Source: a virus. From it: a DNA stretch of 64,000 nucleotides. Below, in pieces: positions 1 through 11,400 of the stretch. Under the pieces are notes generated by a model that saw only the letters and a program-made list of their open reading frames with translations, searched no databases and was not told the DNA's origin. Each line of letters begins with the position of its first letter. Position 1 is the first letter of the stretch. Position numbers and translations under genes: made by a program. The stretch spans positions 32,001 through 96,000 of the IMG/VR virus record IMGVR_UViG_3300036770_005816; one strand, given 5' to 3'.

Positions 1-11
1 TAGCCAAAAAA

Positions 12-1562
12 ATGGGAGTTGTGCTTCCTCGTTCGATGTCAAAACAATTGGACGATTCGGTGGAATACCTGCTCGGTGAAGGCAAGACGGTCGCAGACGG
101 TTTTGTTCAAGGGATAAACAATCCAGACCCATTGGCTGTGGACGTTCTTAGGGTCAAAGGGCAAAGCATCCTTGATGCAGTCAAGTTGGCGGAGTCAGGT
201 CCTGAAGGAAGAGCACAAGTGAGGGAAGCAATCGCGCAGGGCTACTTGGAGACGATAACCGGCGTGGAGATGATGTTCACGGATAATCCCGCCATGAGGG
301 GTGCGCTCATGCTTGATTTGCACGGAGATGAATACTCCAAGAAATTCCCAGCAATGAAAGAGGCGGCTGGATATGCGTACCAAACCTACACCCCGAATGG
401 GATGATGACTCAGGTCAATTTCCTGCCGCATTCATTGATGTTTGACCAAGATGCAATCCAAGGAATTGTTCCAAAAGGTCAAGGGCTGAATCACAGCGTA
501 AGATTTTCTGGTGCAGACGACCATCAAATAGGTTTGGGTATACACGAAGCGGCGCACGCGGAGCACTTCTACCACCAATACGCAGCGTTGGGCATAAAAA
601 TCGGGCAAGACTCAGGAACGATAGAACAACAGGTAAGAGCAAAAGGACCGCGACTTGAAGATTCGTATATTGGGGTTATGTTCGCCCACAGATACGAATT
701 CTCGTCAGAAATGACATGGGACGAAGTGGTGGAACAGTTGGATAAGGCGGGTAGCAATGAGTCGCTTGATTCGTTGATGGCTGTTGTCGCCCAAGATGCG
801 ACGAGAATCAACATGAAGACTGGCACCCCTGCAGATGATGCAAAGACGGGATATTTGTACTCTCACTTCGGAGGCGCGAACGGAATACAATCAGGTAAGC
901 AAACTGTCTCCGTGATTGAGGCAGTTGAGAATTACACGAGGGCACAGCAATTCCCCAACATTGTTCCATTTTTGCCGAGGGACGAACAAGGAAACCAAAT
1001 CCCCATTCAACGATTGACTCAAGCGCAGACCGACGAAGTGTACGAAAAAGCCAAAGCAGCCGTCAAACTTGAATTGCCCGAAAATATTGAACTTGTCGAC
1101 CCGAATACGGGTGAGGTTCTTTCTGACGAAGGTGCCGCGAAGATGGTGAAAGATGCCATGAACGGACAATTCATTTCAGGGCTTGCCCAAGAATATGTTG
1201 GAGTTAGAAACGACTATCTCGGTATCAGGGAATCCACCATTTCGACAAATGGAGTACCCAACGAAGAAGTTATGGCTGCGCTTGGCGTCTCTTCTGACTA
1301 CGGCAAAACGAACATCATGGAAGCGACAGCAGAAGGTAGAGTCGTTGATGTATACGGACGCAATTTCACGAGTTTCAACATGGAGCAAGAGCAAGTAACG
1401 AAAGTTCGGGAAATGTTAGGGCGTCTTTTCCCCAAGAGTTACGACGACAGACCCTCAGGTAAACCACCGTCTGCGGCTGTTCTCCAACAAAAAATACAGC
1501 AAATCACATCACGAATGCCCACAATCAGAAGAAAAGAAGGAAGCGTAGATTCCGTCGTATGA
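12..1562 (+). CDS. Large head-associated protein with zincin (HExxH) metallopeptidase domain; probably 5'-truncated by window edge
   Basis: GIHEAAHAEH motif plus downstream YGKTNIMEATAE (third ligand Glu motif typical of phage MuF-associated/lethal-factor-like zincins); frame is open to the window start. Confidence 0.6.
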   Translation: MGVVLPRSMSKQLDDSVEYLLGEGKTVADGFVQGINNPDPLAVDVLRVKGQSILDAVKLAESGPEGRAQVREAIAQGYLETITGVEMMFTDNPAMRGALMLDLHGDEYSKKFPAMKEAAGYAYQTYTPNGMMTQVNFLPHSLMFDQDAIQGIVPKGQGLNHSVRFSGADDHQIGLGIHEAAHAEHFYHQYAALGIKIGQDSGTIEQQVRAKGPRLEDSYIGVMFAHRYEFSSEMTWDEVVEQLDKAGSNESLDSLMAVVAQDATRINMKTGTPADDAKTGYLYSHFGGANGIQSGKQTVSVIEAVENYTRAQQFPNIVPFLPRDEQGNQIPIQRLTQAQTDEVYEKAKAAVKLELPENIELVDPNTGEVLSDEGAAKMVKDAMNGQFISGLAQEYVGVRNDYLGIRESTISTNGVPNEEVMAALGVSSDYGKTNIMEATAEGRVVDVYGRNFTSFNMEQEQVTKVREMLGRLFPKSYDDRPSGKPPSAAVLQQKIQQITSRMPTIRRKEGSVDSVV

Positions 1563-1801
1563 AAAAAAATACGAAAAACGATGAAATAGTAAGCGTAGAG
1601 CAGGTTCATTGGGTGGGTTACGGCTGGCTTGTCGTATCCCCAAATGGACAAGAAGAGTGGTATCGGATATATCTGAAAGACGAAAAACTAACCCCTCAAG
1701 AATGGGATTTTGTGCAGACGGTACGCCCCAAAGTGATGCTTCCACCAAAGATTATCAATGACGAAAACATACAAGAGTGGCGAAAAACAATTAAACAGTA
1801 G
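1559..1801 (+). CDS. Small hypothetical protein, candidate immunity/partner of upstream peptidase
   Basis: 80 aa ORF, ATGA overlap with upstream stop. Confidence 0.5.
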   Translation: MKKNTKNDEIVSVEQVHWVGYGWLVVSPNGQEEWYRIYLKDEKLTPQEWDFVQTVRPKVMLPPKIINDENIQEWRKTIKQ

Positions 1802-1859
1802 ACATAATCATGCTCATTTAGCGTGACCTGTAAATAAGGTACAATCAAATAGCCAGCCA

Positions 1860-3230
1860 GTGTGGCTTATCACGGCGAGGGTACGGATGCAAAACGGCTT
1901 AAATTCATCAATTGCGCAACTTCTCCGCAAACAGGTACGTCTTTCGCGCGGTCACAAAAGCATGCGCAGAACCGTGTTGCCGATAGAACGAGAATACAAC
2001 ATCAAATTTTCGGAAATTGAACAAACCAATTCGTTTGACGAATCCGACATCTATAACGCGCCATTGAACGGCGACAGAAACCTAATCAATTTCAAAACAA
2101 TGATGTACCTAAGGAAACTGGAGTCGCGACTCGCTTCACCCATTGACATACTCGCATACGACGAAAAGGTCGGGTTGGTCGGTTCAAGAACAGGGTTCGG
2201 CAGAACACTTCAAGCAGTCGGTTCCGCAATCACGCCGGGCAACATCAGCACGATACGAAGCCCTGTCCGTTCTGCTATTTGGCGGGCTTTGACACCGGGC
2301 GGTGGCGGAGGAAGAGGGCGAAAACTTCCCGGCGAGCGTGGATACAGGTGCCCTGCTGGTTTTGAATTCGGTGGTCGTTTTACCGACAGTGCATTTTCTA
2401 CATGTGGCGCTCAGTTGTTTGAGATACCAGGTCCGCTCGCGTTGGCTGCTCGCGCCATCCGCGGAGCGATGAACCCTCCGTCGGCAAGGCTTGAAAGCCT
2501 CTCGCAGGTGGTTCAAGGCAACGCGTCGCCTGATAGGGCTGTGCAAATTCAGCGAATGGCTCAGATTCCTCGCGACAACATACCCAATAAACAAAAGTTT
2601 GCACAATCAGTCGCATCATCAATAACAACATTGAAGGCGTCCCCACAGGGTGATGCCCGAATGATTCGCAGGGATGGAACAATTTTCCGACCAATCGTTC
2701 CTTCCTCAATCCTTAGACAATTCAGCGGAAACAAAGACATGATGGACGGCGCATTTGTCCGAGCGGTACAAGTGCCGAAAGATATCGCACCTGACGATGT
2801 CGCCCTGCTTGCCGGCGCATCAATGCAAAGAATTTCATTTGTTGCACCAAACGGTGTGGTAATTTCGATTGAGCGACCACGCGCACTGACGGTAGGTGAA
2901 CGACGGAAGTTCGGTCGCCAACTGAACAAAGTGATAGGTGAAACAGACCAATATGAAGTTGGTAAAAACATCAAAGATTTTGCCGAAAGAAGTAACGGTG
3001 CGTTCAAGTACACAGAAACATATGGCGATGTGAAAAACCCGAACGAGTTAGTGACAGTGATTGGCAAAGATGGCGTTGAACGACAGGTGCGTCGATGGAT
3101 TTACGAAACCTTCATAAAGGCTGGCGAAGAAGCACGGACACCCAAACAGCAGGGCGCGAAGCGACGCCAAGTGGCGGAGGCTGGACGAGAAGCGGCTGAG
3201 CGTCTAGCGGAAAGTTCATCAAGAAGATGA
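1860..3230 (+). CDS. Hypothetical head-associated protein with RCPxGxxxGGxxTD...CG module
   Basis: GYRCPAGFEFGGRFTDSAFSTCG resembles GWRCPVGTRYGGQITDRFGRNCG in the two giant ORFs downstream; start may be ATG 1887. Confidence 0.6.
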   Translation: MWLITARVRMQNGLNSSIAQLLRKQVRLSRGHKSMRRTVLPIEREYNIKFSEIEQTNSFDESDIYNAPLNGDRNLINFKTMMYLRKLESRLASPIDILAYDEKVGLVGSRTGFGRTLQAVGSAITPGNISTIRSPVRSAIWRALTPGGGGGRGRKLPGERGYRCPAGFEFGGRFTDSAFSTCGAQLFEIPGPLALAARAIRGAMNPPSARLESLSQVVQGNASPDRAVQIQRMAQIPRDNIPNKQKFAQSVASSITTLKASPQGDARMIRRDGTIFRPIVPSSILRQFSGNKDMMDGAFVRAVQVPKDIAPDDVALLAGASMQRISFVAPNGVVISIERPRALTVGERRKFGRQLNKVIGETDQYEVGKNIKDFAERSNGAFKYTETYGDVKNPNELVTVIGKDGVERQVRRWIYETFIKAGEEARTPKQQGAKRRQVAEAGREAAERLAESSSRR

Positions 3231-6200
3231 AGAAAGTATTTTTCGTTCGTCGTGACGGCGGAAAGCCGTACATGCTTGTCACCGTTCAACCGGGTGGGAC
3301 GGAATTCCAACCCATTTCCGATGATGCCGACGATGTATCTGATGTTCTTGAAAGTGTGTTCAAAAACAAGCCGATAACCAAACGACAACTCGACGATGCA
3401 CTAGACCAAGATTTCGCCATTGAGGGACCTGTTGCCGTAACTCGTGACACAAACAAAAAAATCAAGGAGTTCGCGAACACCGATGTGCCTTCTTTGAAGA
3501 GCATGGATTTTTCTGCAATCAAAATCAGCGATTTGGGTGTATCGAACACTAAAGATTTGGTGAACTTTAAGGCTCGCTCGTTCTTGTATGACCAAACAAA
3601 AACAACCTTCAATTATGAAGTGAAACGGGTTCGCGCAATCTGGGACCCAAGTTTGTCTATTCCGGGGACGGGTCGCCGTGGCGGTTGGAGATGTCCTGTA
3701 GGCACTAGATATGGTGGACAAATCACCGACAGATTTGGCAGAAATTGTGGTTGGGGTGTCGCGCGAAGAATAGCCAACGCAATCACAAACATCGGTGAAC
3801 GACTAGAAAGTGTTGACGATAGGCGCAGGGGGCGCAGAGCCGAACAAAGAAATCAGCGAGTTATGCGACGCCTCCAAAGAGATGCTCGTGGTGGAGCAGC
3901 CGAGCGAGGTTTGAGGGCTGTTGCGGATGTTCTTGACGGCGAAGATACGGCATCGCCAACGCCAGAAGCACCAGCAGCAAGAACACCGAAAGCGCCTGCG
4001 AAGCCACGCGGTCGGAGAAGAGTGTTCGATAGTGACGTTCGGGATGCGGGTTTACGCGACTCGGAATTGAGAAGAGTGCGTCGGGAAATCGAAGAACCTG
4101 GCGCTCCTCGAACAGGTGTAATCGACTTGGACGACACGATTGAACTTCCCGCTGGAGAGAGTACACCCGACAGCCGTTCTTTCCGTAATGTCAACAATAG
4201 ATTCCCGAAGAATGGTCTGCCCGACGAAGCGTATTGGCGTAGGGACAGTTACACGGGTGACGACAAAGCGGAACTCGAAAGGCGTTTTGGAAGATACTAC
4301 GACGATAAAAACAAGATTAACCAAAGAGGGAAGTTTGTAAATCAGCGTCTAGATGATTTCCGTAAGCGTCAAGCGGCTCCCAAGAAGAAACCAGAACCAC
4401 GAAAACAGCCTCGCGGTAAGCGCAAGCCGAGCCAGCGACCGAAAGGTGTTGTCGAAGGTCCGCTGGACGGTGAATCTTTCAATGACTATGTCGACCGAAA
4501 ATACGATGAGTACAAAAATCGTGTAGAGAAGATACAACGAGATGGTGGTCGTGCTGGTTTGTTGACGAAGAAAGAGTGGTTTGATGTTAACCAAGGGAAT
4601 TTGCGTAGTGCTTGGGATAAGAAAAATCCCGACAAGAAGCGACGCGAACCGCGCAAAAAGCCAGCAGGAAGAGCAAAACCACCTGTAGCAGACAAAGAGC
4701 CGACACCTAAGCGACCCCGAAAAATCAGCAAGAAAGATGTTTTCGATAACAGCATCCAAGCGGTTTCCTATGAGGGCGCCGCAAAGAAAATTGATGACCT
4801 TCCAGATAACTGGCTCGGGGACGGACCGAATCGTTTTGCCAATGCCGAAGGAATGAGGGACAGCCTGCGTAGACTCGCAGCGCGTCTCGCCAAATACGAC
4901 AAAGACGACCGAGTTGAACTTGAAAACGGGGAAGATATTCGTGTAGAGGATTTGGCGAAGAATGTGCTCGATGCTGCTGACGCTTGGGATAGGTTCGCAA
5001 AGCGTGCCGGGAACGATGATGATGAGAGGGCGCGTCGTGCGGAGGTAGCCGACATTTTGGAGAATCAGCGCGCCAACAATAGACCAGCACAACCTGATAC
5101 ACGGGAACGAATTGAACAACTGATTGACGAAGAAGCAGAGATTGAACGACAGTTGGAGCGTAACAATCTCGCGAACTTTGGTGCCGACGCCAAAGATTGG
5201 ACAGAAGCACACGACGGCATGATGAAACAAATCGGTTTGCGCAACGACGAAGTCCGCAACGAAGACGACCAAGCATTTAAAGATAATTGGAATGCAGAAG
5301 ATGCAGAACAAAGAAACCAATTTGAAGAAGAGATGGCGCAGTTGGACATGGGCAACATGGACGCCGCCGAACTAGAAGAGCGAATAAACCTCCGAGATGA
5401 ACAAATTAAACAAGCGCTTGAACAACTAGAAAAAGATTTGAAACTAGTTGAAAAGTTAAGAAAACCCCAAAATCCAGAAGAGTTTGCTGAACGCAAGAGA
5501 GCGTTTGAGCGCATTGCAGCCAACGAACGACGCGTAAACCTGAATAAGCAATTCAACAAAGAAAACAGAGGCATTCTCGAAGGGATGCGTGACAATGGTG
5601 GGACGACTCAGTCTCCACCACGAGGTGCGAAGAAACCCAAGAATTCTGACATTAAACGGGTAGTCAAGTTTGAGGAAATAGACGAAAACGAAGGCATCAG
5701 TGTCGGTGACGCAATAGCCCATATCGGATTTAGAGACGAGGACGACAGAGTTATCGATGCACTTGCAGAGAAGTTCGGAATTCCCACACGAGACACTCAA
5801 CGACAAAGAGAATCTAATGTCGGGCGAGTCAATATGGCTGATGTTGGAGAAGCAATTCGTGAGCGGATTGAGCGAAACAAGAAAGAACGATGGAACCCAA
5901 ACGAGAAAAAAGAATTTGCAGAAAAACTAGCCGACCAAGATGATGATGTTTTGGACAGAACCGAAGAGGACGCTGACCGCGCCGTGGACCAGGCTGCAGA
6001 CAAAGTTCGTACAGCGTTGGAAGATTTGGCACGAATCAGAAGAAAAATCAAAGAACGTAAAGGCTCACTCAAGAGACTAAAGAAAGAAGATAAACAAGAC
6101 TTGCAGAGAGAGGCTGACCGTCTCATAGTGTGGAACGCAATTCTTCTCGAAAAGCGCGCCCGTTTGAAGATGGTGCAAGACGAACTTCAAAAGCGACAGG

Positions 6201-8086
6201 GTCGTGGAGGTGTGGCAGAAAACGACGCTAAAGCATTTGACGATGTTGTCAAAGAAGTTAACGGGATGGTGAGTCGAACCGATGACAAACTTAGTGATTC
6301 GCAAGTTGCGGAACTGAAAAACATTTTCGAAGAATATCGAAATCAAGCAGGACCGATTAAAAGAAATGTCGATGCTCGCATAGAGTTCGACAGACTAGTT
6401 AATGAAGGTCAAATAGACCCACAAATCGACGAGTTGATTCAAGGTAGGCGCGACAAATTGGATGAAGCGCAAAGAAAGCGTAACGTCGCTAGACAAAACA
6501 TGGATAGGGGTCTTGGCAACGGAAAAGTTTCAGAGAAGATGGATGAAATCCGCGAATATGTTAAGGCGCAAAGAAATGTCCGTCAGATTGAAGAAGAATT
6601 AGACAGGTTCGAGAAGCGCAAAAATGTCATAAAACAGCAGAAGAAGCGAATTCCGTCGGATTACAAACTGTTTGTTGATGAAGGTGGAATGGAACTGAAT
6701 GATGTTACAAGCGAAATGTTGCGCGGTGGCGCGGACAGGGGAGCGGTCGAGCAGGATTGGTTTAGGAAACAAGTCGAAGACGGCATCGCCAAACAAGTCC
6801 TAGATGAAGGAAACGATTTCGAAGGAGGCGCCGTTTATCGACTCCCGAACGGTTCGTATGTTTTCATTTCCGATAAGCAGCGAACACGAATGCGACAGAT
6901 GGAGGAGAGAGAACGACTTCCCAAAAATCAAAGAGCAGAGCGAATAATCATAATCGACAAAAAATATGCCCCCGACAGACCAGCGAACGCACGACCACAA
7001 ATGCAGAAAGCGTTGGGGACAGAAGACCGAGGTCCTGTCGGCAACGCATTCCCACGACGCAGAAATGAAATGGGCGAATTCGGCATCAAATTCTCCGAAA
7101 AAGGAATCGGAGAGTATGTTCCCGTCAACAACCCTGAGATACGCACAAAAGAAGATGCAATCAAATGGGTCGCGAATGGGGAATCACTCGATGAAGTTCC
7201 GCACGAGTTTTGGCACGACGCAATTGAAGCGAACTCAAGCACAGCGAAACGCGATAAATCTAAGCGATTTAGGCAACTTGCTAGAAACGGTGGAGCAGTT
7301 GGGGATACGCGAATATACGTCCTCCGCGATAAAAGCGGTTATGGAACGAATCATGGCATCGTTCTCAAAGCGGCACAACCCGGAGACAATATTGGCGAGG
7401 TGGTTGGGTGGAATTATCTAGACCGCCTGGGCATCATTGATGGCGGCGCCGTATATGACGGCGAATCAGAAGGAGGTCAGCGGTATGTCATGTTTAACTT
7501 CGCGTTCAAAGACATTCCAGAAGGAAATGAAATTGACATGAGAGAAGGCGTCGAAAACTTCGCTGTTGGCGATGCAGAAGCAGACCCGTACCAGGCTCTT
7601 CCGGGACGTGTCACCCATTGGCTTGCAAACTATATGCTTGGCGTTTCGGATAGACATCCATGGAACGGATTCCTCAAAAGGGTTAAAAATGATGGACAAG
7701 ACAAGGTTCATATAGTCCCAATTGATTTGGGCTGGGCGGGTCGCGCTGTTCTCGACGACCCAATCCAATTTGTCGAATTTGGGTATCTTGGACTCGACAG
7801 CGGAATTCTTGACGACATGCAACGTCTATATGCTTCCGCTACGCCAGAAAATAAACAACGAATACTTCGCGACCTGACAAGAGCCGTGGACAATGTGATT
7901 GAAAAAACTGAAAACATGCTCGATGTCGATTTGGATGTCTTTGTTGCTCAGGCTATAAAAAACGTGCCCGAGAAAGAACGAAGAAGCGCGCAAAATAAGT
8001 CTGAGAGACTATACAACCAGATGAAAGGTCTCTTGGATACCCTAAAGCGTAGACGTCAAGCAATTATCGACAAGGTGACAAGGTAG
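3227..8086 (+). CDS. Giant mosaic protein (1619 aa) with C-terminal HipA/PI3-PI4-kinase-like domain
   Basis: C-terminal VLKAA...NYMLGVSDRHPWN...IVPIDLG (DRHxxN + IDxG catalytic motifs); coiled-coil middle; N-terminal modules shared with 8435..12238 and 12559..13911. Confidence 0.7.
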   Translation: MKKVFFVRRDGGKPYMLVTVQPGGTEFQPISDDADDVSDVLESVFKNKPITKRQLDDALDQDFAIEGPVAVTRDTNKKIKEFANTDVPSLKSMDFSAIKISDLGVSNTKDLVNFKARSFLYDQTKTTFNYEVKRVRAIWDPSLSIPGTGRRGGWRCPVGTRYGGQITDRFGRNCGWGVARRIANAITNIGERLESVDDRRRGRRAEQRNQRVMRRLQRDARGGAAERGLRAVADVLDGEDTASPTPEAPAARTPKAPAKPRGRRRVFDSDVRDAGLRDSELRRVRREIEEPGAPRTGVIDLDDTIELPAGESTPDSRSFRNVNNRFPKNGLPDEAYWRRDSYTGDDKAELERRFGRYYDDKNKINQRGKFVNQRLDDFRKRQAAPKKKPEPRKQPRGKRKPSQRPKGVVEGPLDGESFNDYVDRKYDEYKNRVEKIQRDGGRAGLLTKKEWFDVNQGNLRSAWDKKNPDKKRREPRKKPAGRAKPPVADKEPTPKRPRKISKKDVFDNSIQAVSYEGAAKKIDDLPDNWLGDGPNRFANAEGMRDSLRRLAARLAKYDKDDRVELENGEDIRVEDLAKNVLDAADAWDRFAKRAGNDDDERARRAEVADILENQRANNRPAQPDTRERIEQLIDEEAEIERQLERNNLANFGADAKDWTEAHDGMMKQIGLRNDEVRNEDDQAFKDNWNAEDAEQRNQFEEEMAQLDMGNMDAAELEERINLRDEQIKQALEQLEKDLKLVEKLRKPQNPEEFAERKRAFERIAANERRVNLNKQFNKENRGILEGMRDNGGTTQSPPRGAKKPKNSDIKRVVKFEEIDENEGISVGDAIAHIGFRDEDDRVIDALAEKFGIPTRDTQRQRESNVGRVNMADVGEAIRERIERNKKERWNPNEKKEFAEKLADQDDDVLDRTEEDADRAVDQAADKVRTALEDLARIRRKIKERKGSLKRLKKEDKQDLQREADRLIVWNAILLEKRARLKMVQDELQKRQGRGGVAENDAKAFDDVVKEVNGMVSRTDDKLSDSQVAELKNIFEEYRNQAGPIKRNVDARIEFDRLVNEGQIDPQIDELIQGRRDKLDEAQRKRNVARQNMDRGLGNGKVSEKMDEIREYVKAQRNVRQIEEELDRFEKRKNVIKQQKKRIPSDYKLFVDEGGMELNDVTSEMLRGGADRGAVEQDWFRKQVEDGIAKQVLDEGNDFEGGAVYRLPNGSYVFISDKQRTRMRQMEERERLPKNQRAERIIIIDKKYAPDRPANARPQMQKALGTEDRGPVGNAFPRRRNEMGEFGIKFSEKGIGEYVPVNNPEIRTKEDAIKWVANGESLDEVPHEFWHDAIEANSSTAKRDKSKRFRQLARNGGAVGDTRIYVLRDKSGYGTNHGIVLKAAQPGDNIGEVVGWNYLDRLGIIDGGAVYDGESEGGQRYVMFNFAFKDIPEGNEIDMREGVENFAVGDAEADPYQALPGRVTHWLANYMLGVSDRHPWNGFLKRVKNDGQDKVHIVPIDLGWAGRAVLDDPIQFVEFGYLGLDSGILDDMQRLYASATPENKQRILRDLTRAVDNVIEKTENMLDVDLDVFVAQAIKNVPEKERRSAQNKSERLYNQMKGLLDTLKRRRQAIIDKVTR

Positions 8087-8091
8087 CGGTT

Positions 8092-8445
8092 ATGGCTGAT
8101 TTTGCAAAAATAGTTTTAGACAATGATTACTTCTATTCATTCAAAGATGAACCAGATACATGCATCGCCAAAAATGATAACGGGAACATAGAGTTGCGGG
8201 GCAATAACAAAAAAATTGTGGACTTTGTTTATGATGTTTTGTCTGAGTCTGCAGGCAAATCGACATATTCAAACTCGAAATATGGTTTAGAATATGTGTT
8301 GTCAAAATTGGTCGGTCCGTCAATTGACTACAGTTCCGATTTCTCATTTATTGAAGAGGATTATGAGGAACTTGCCGAAAAACTCAAAGTGACCAAATCT
8401 TTCAAAGTTATATCTACAAAGAAACAAATGAGCGATGACGAATAA
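8092..8445 (+). CDS. Small acidic protein, candidate immunity protein for upstream kinase
   Basis: 117 aa, starts 5 nt after kinase-protein stop and overlaps next gene. Confidence 0.5.
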   Translation: MADFAKIVLDNDYFYSFKDEPDTCIAKNDNGNIELRGNNKKIVDFVYDVLSESAGKSTYSNSKYGLEYVLSKLVGPSIDYSSDFSFIEEDYEELAEKLKVTKSFKVISTKKQMSDDE

Positions 8446-11400
8446 GAATCTCATCAACTATAAAGCGCAACGCTTCCAAAGTGAACTGAATAAAACCACG
8501 TTCGCTTATGAAGTGAAGCGTGTTCGCGCGTTGTGGGACCCGACACTTTCAATACCTGGGACGGGTAGACGTGGCGGTTGGAGATGTCCTGTTGGTACGC
8601 GGTACGGAGGTCAGATAACCGACCGTTTTGGAAGAAACTGTGGGTGGGGCGTTGCTCGCCGTATTGCAAACTCCATCACGAACATTGGTGAAAGATTGGA
8701 AAGCCTCGACGACAGGCGTAGGGGCAGACGAGTAGATAGACGAAACAGGCGTATGGCTGGACGGCTTCAGCGGAACGCGGAAGCAGGTCGGGCAGAGCGC
8801 CGTTTGCGCGGTGTCGCCGATGTCCTGGATGGCGGAGAAGGAACCGACCGAGTAGCACGACCGCCACGAGGGAGAGAAGTTGTCCTTGATGATGTGGACG
8901 CTCCAGAGACTTCCCCTGTTGTCTTAGATGATGGTGGGAGACCGCTAGACGGAAGAGCCGAAAGACGAGAGGCGCGTAAGCGCAGAAGGCAAGAACGACG
9001 CGAGCGACGACTCCGTGAAGCGCAGGAAAGAGAAGAGAGAGGTGACCCACCTGCAGGTCAACTTGGTCGCGGCTGGCGAGGCGTTCTTTCGGAAGGCAAT
9101 CGAAGATACAACGAACAAGGAAATCGTCCTTGGTGGGGTGAGGGTCAACCTGCACCGCGCCCTGATGCTGATTCGGTTGATGTTCCGAGCAGACCAGACA
9201 GAGGTGACGCAGATGCGGAAACACCGCGTCCTCGTCGCCCGCGACCAGAAGGAGAACGCGGACGACGCAGACCGCGAGCAGAGCGAGACGAAGCAGACAT
9301 AGTTGAACCGACTCCAGAAACACCTGATGCATCAGAACCGACACCAGAGGCTCCGAGACCGCCACGGAGACCACGAGCACCGCGAGATGGGGAGGAAAGA
9401 CGACCACGCCCAGGCGAGCGGAGACCTCCACGCGTACCGGCTGCCGACGAAGAAGACGAAGGACTGTTTGACGATTTCCTTAGACCCGGCGCACCGAAGC
9501 GTGACGGCAGAGAACCTGGGGAGATTGTTATCGGTAGCGACGGAGAACCCTATAAATGGGTACCGAACCCCGATGCGAACGTTATTGGTGCAGGAAAACA
9601 AGAAAAGGGTTTTTGGGTTCCCGCATCTGAAGTCGATTTAGAAAATGACCGCCTGAGAAAGAAAGAGCGAAGAGTAAAAGGCGACGATTTACGCAACCCG
9701 AAATCACCAAAAGGTGCACCAGACCCAGAAGGCAAGAACCGTATTTGGACGGACGATGAGGGCGACCAATGGGAGTACGACCCGAACAGCAGACAGTGGA
9801 ACATCAGAGGCAATCCGAGTAAGCGCCGTGAGGCTGAAGAAAACGACAGAGCAAGGCGAGACAATAGGAATGAGCGGTTGCGTGAAAGAAACGAGCGTGG
9901 GAGACGCAGGGCGCCACGCGATGAAGATGAGCGAGACAGAGATTTGCGTTTTTCTGAACGCCGACGTGTACGAAGAGAAATAGAAGAACCCGGCGCACCA
10001 CGAACAGCGCCCGGGGAAACACCAGAAGCGGAAGCACCAAAGCCCAAGAGACCTGCTCGCAAGAGGAACCGTAGACGTGCCGCTTCTGATGAAATCGCAA
10101 CTGAGTCAGCGACTCGACGACCACCAACTCCGAAAGACAAGCCACAAGGCGGACAACCTAAGCCGTCAGAGCGAATCAACCTTGATGAGGAAATGATTGA
10201 ACTTGCGGAAGGCGAGAGTATGCCCGATTCGCGTTCATTCCGAAATGTGAATAACCGTTTCCCGAAGAACGGTCTCCCGAAGAGCGCATATTGGCGTAAA
10301 CCAGATTACGACGGTAATGACAAACCAGAACTTGAACGACGTTTTGGCAGATACTACGATGCGGACGGGAATATCAATAACCGTGGTCGTTTGGTTAATC
10401 AAGAAATTGAAAAACGTAAACGTGGGGGTGGTCTCACACCGAAAGGTCGCAAGCCTCGCCAACGCAAAAAGCCGGCTGATGCACCGAAGCAACCCGTGGA
10501 GAACACTCCACCGAATCAGGCTGATATCCCATCGCCACCGTCATTGGCGGTCACCGAGGAAGCATCAACTGCATTCAGAGAACTTCCGGACGACGCCAAG
10601 ACAAAAGCGCGACAACTTTTCCGTGTGCTTATGCGAGGCAGAGACAGGGAAAATGAAGTTCAAGATGATGTCGTCGATAATGCGATTCGTCGTCCACCTG
10701 GCGATGTAAACAATCAGAATCTTAGAGCACTGCTTGCCGCTCAGCAACAAAATATACAAAGAATAACAAAAGACAAATCTGACGCAACAGCAAACATTGA
10801 GCGGTTGAAACAGGATTACGGGTTGGATAGTCCAACGGGTTTGCGATACGACATTCTTCCTGATGATGTCAAAGACCGCTATGTAGACAATGTTGCCGTC
10901 GTCATGCGCGCAGATAAAGAACTGGCGAGCAATCAAAGACGAATCGCAAGATTGCAAGAAGAAATTATCAGGCGAGATATCGCGAACCCTCCAGTAAACC
11001 AGCCGCAGACTCCGCAGGCTGGACAGACCCCTTCGCCAACGCCGCAATCTCCGCAGCCTCAAGGTCGAAGAAAACTCGCTGACAGATTCATGTTTGTAAA
11101 GCGACGCAAGAATCGTGACAATGTGGTTGCCCCACTCGGTGACGTCGACAAAAATGGAGTCGTTGTTGGCAAGACGGTGAAAGTTGGCGAAAACGGCATG
11201 AACACCAAAGATGAAGCCGTTAAATATTTGCAAGATGGTGGTGAAATAGGAAACGTTCCAGACGAATTCCTGTTTGATGCACTTGAGGGAGTGTCGCATG
11301 ACGGTTCACAGGATTGGGGAGATTTCGTAACCGAAGATGTGTTCAACGACTTGGTTACTAGGGGTGTGATTAACGCGGATGGAATCGACTACGACGCATT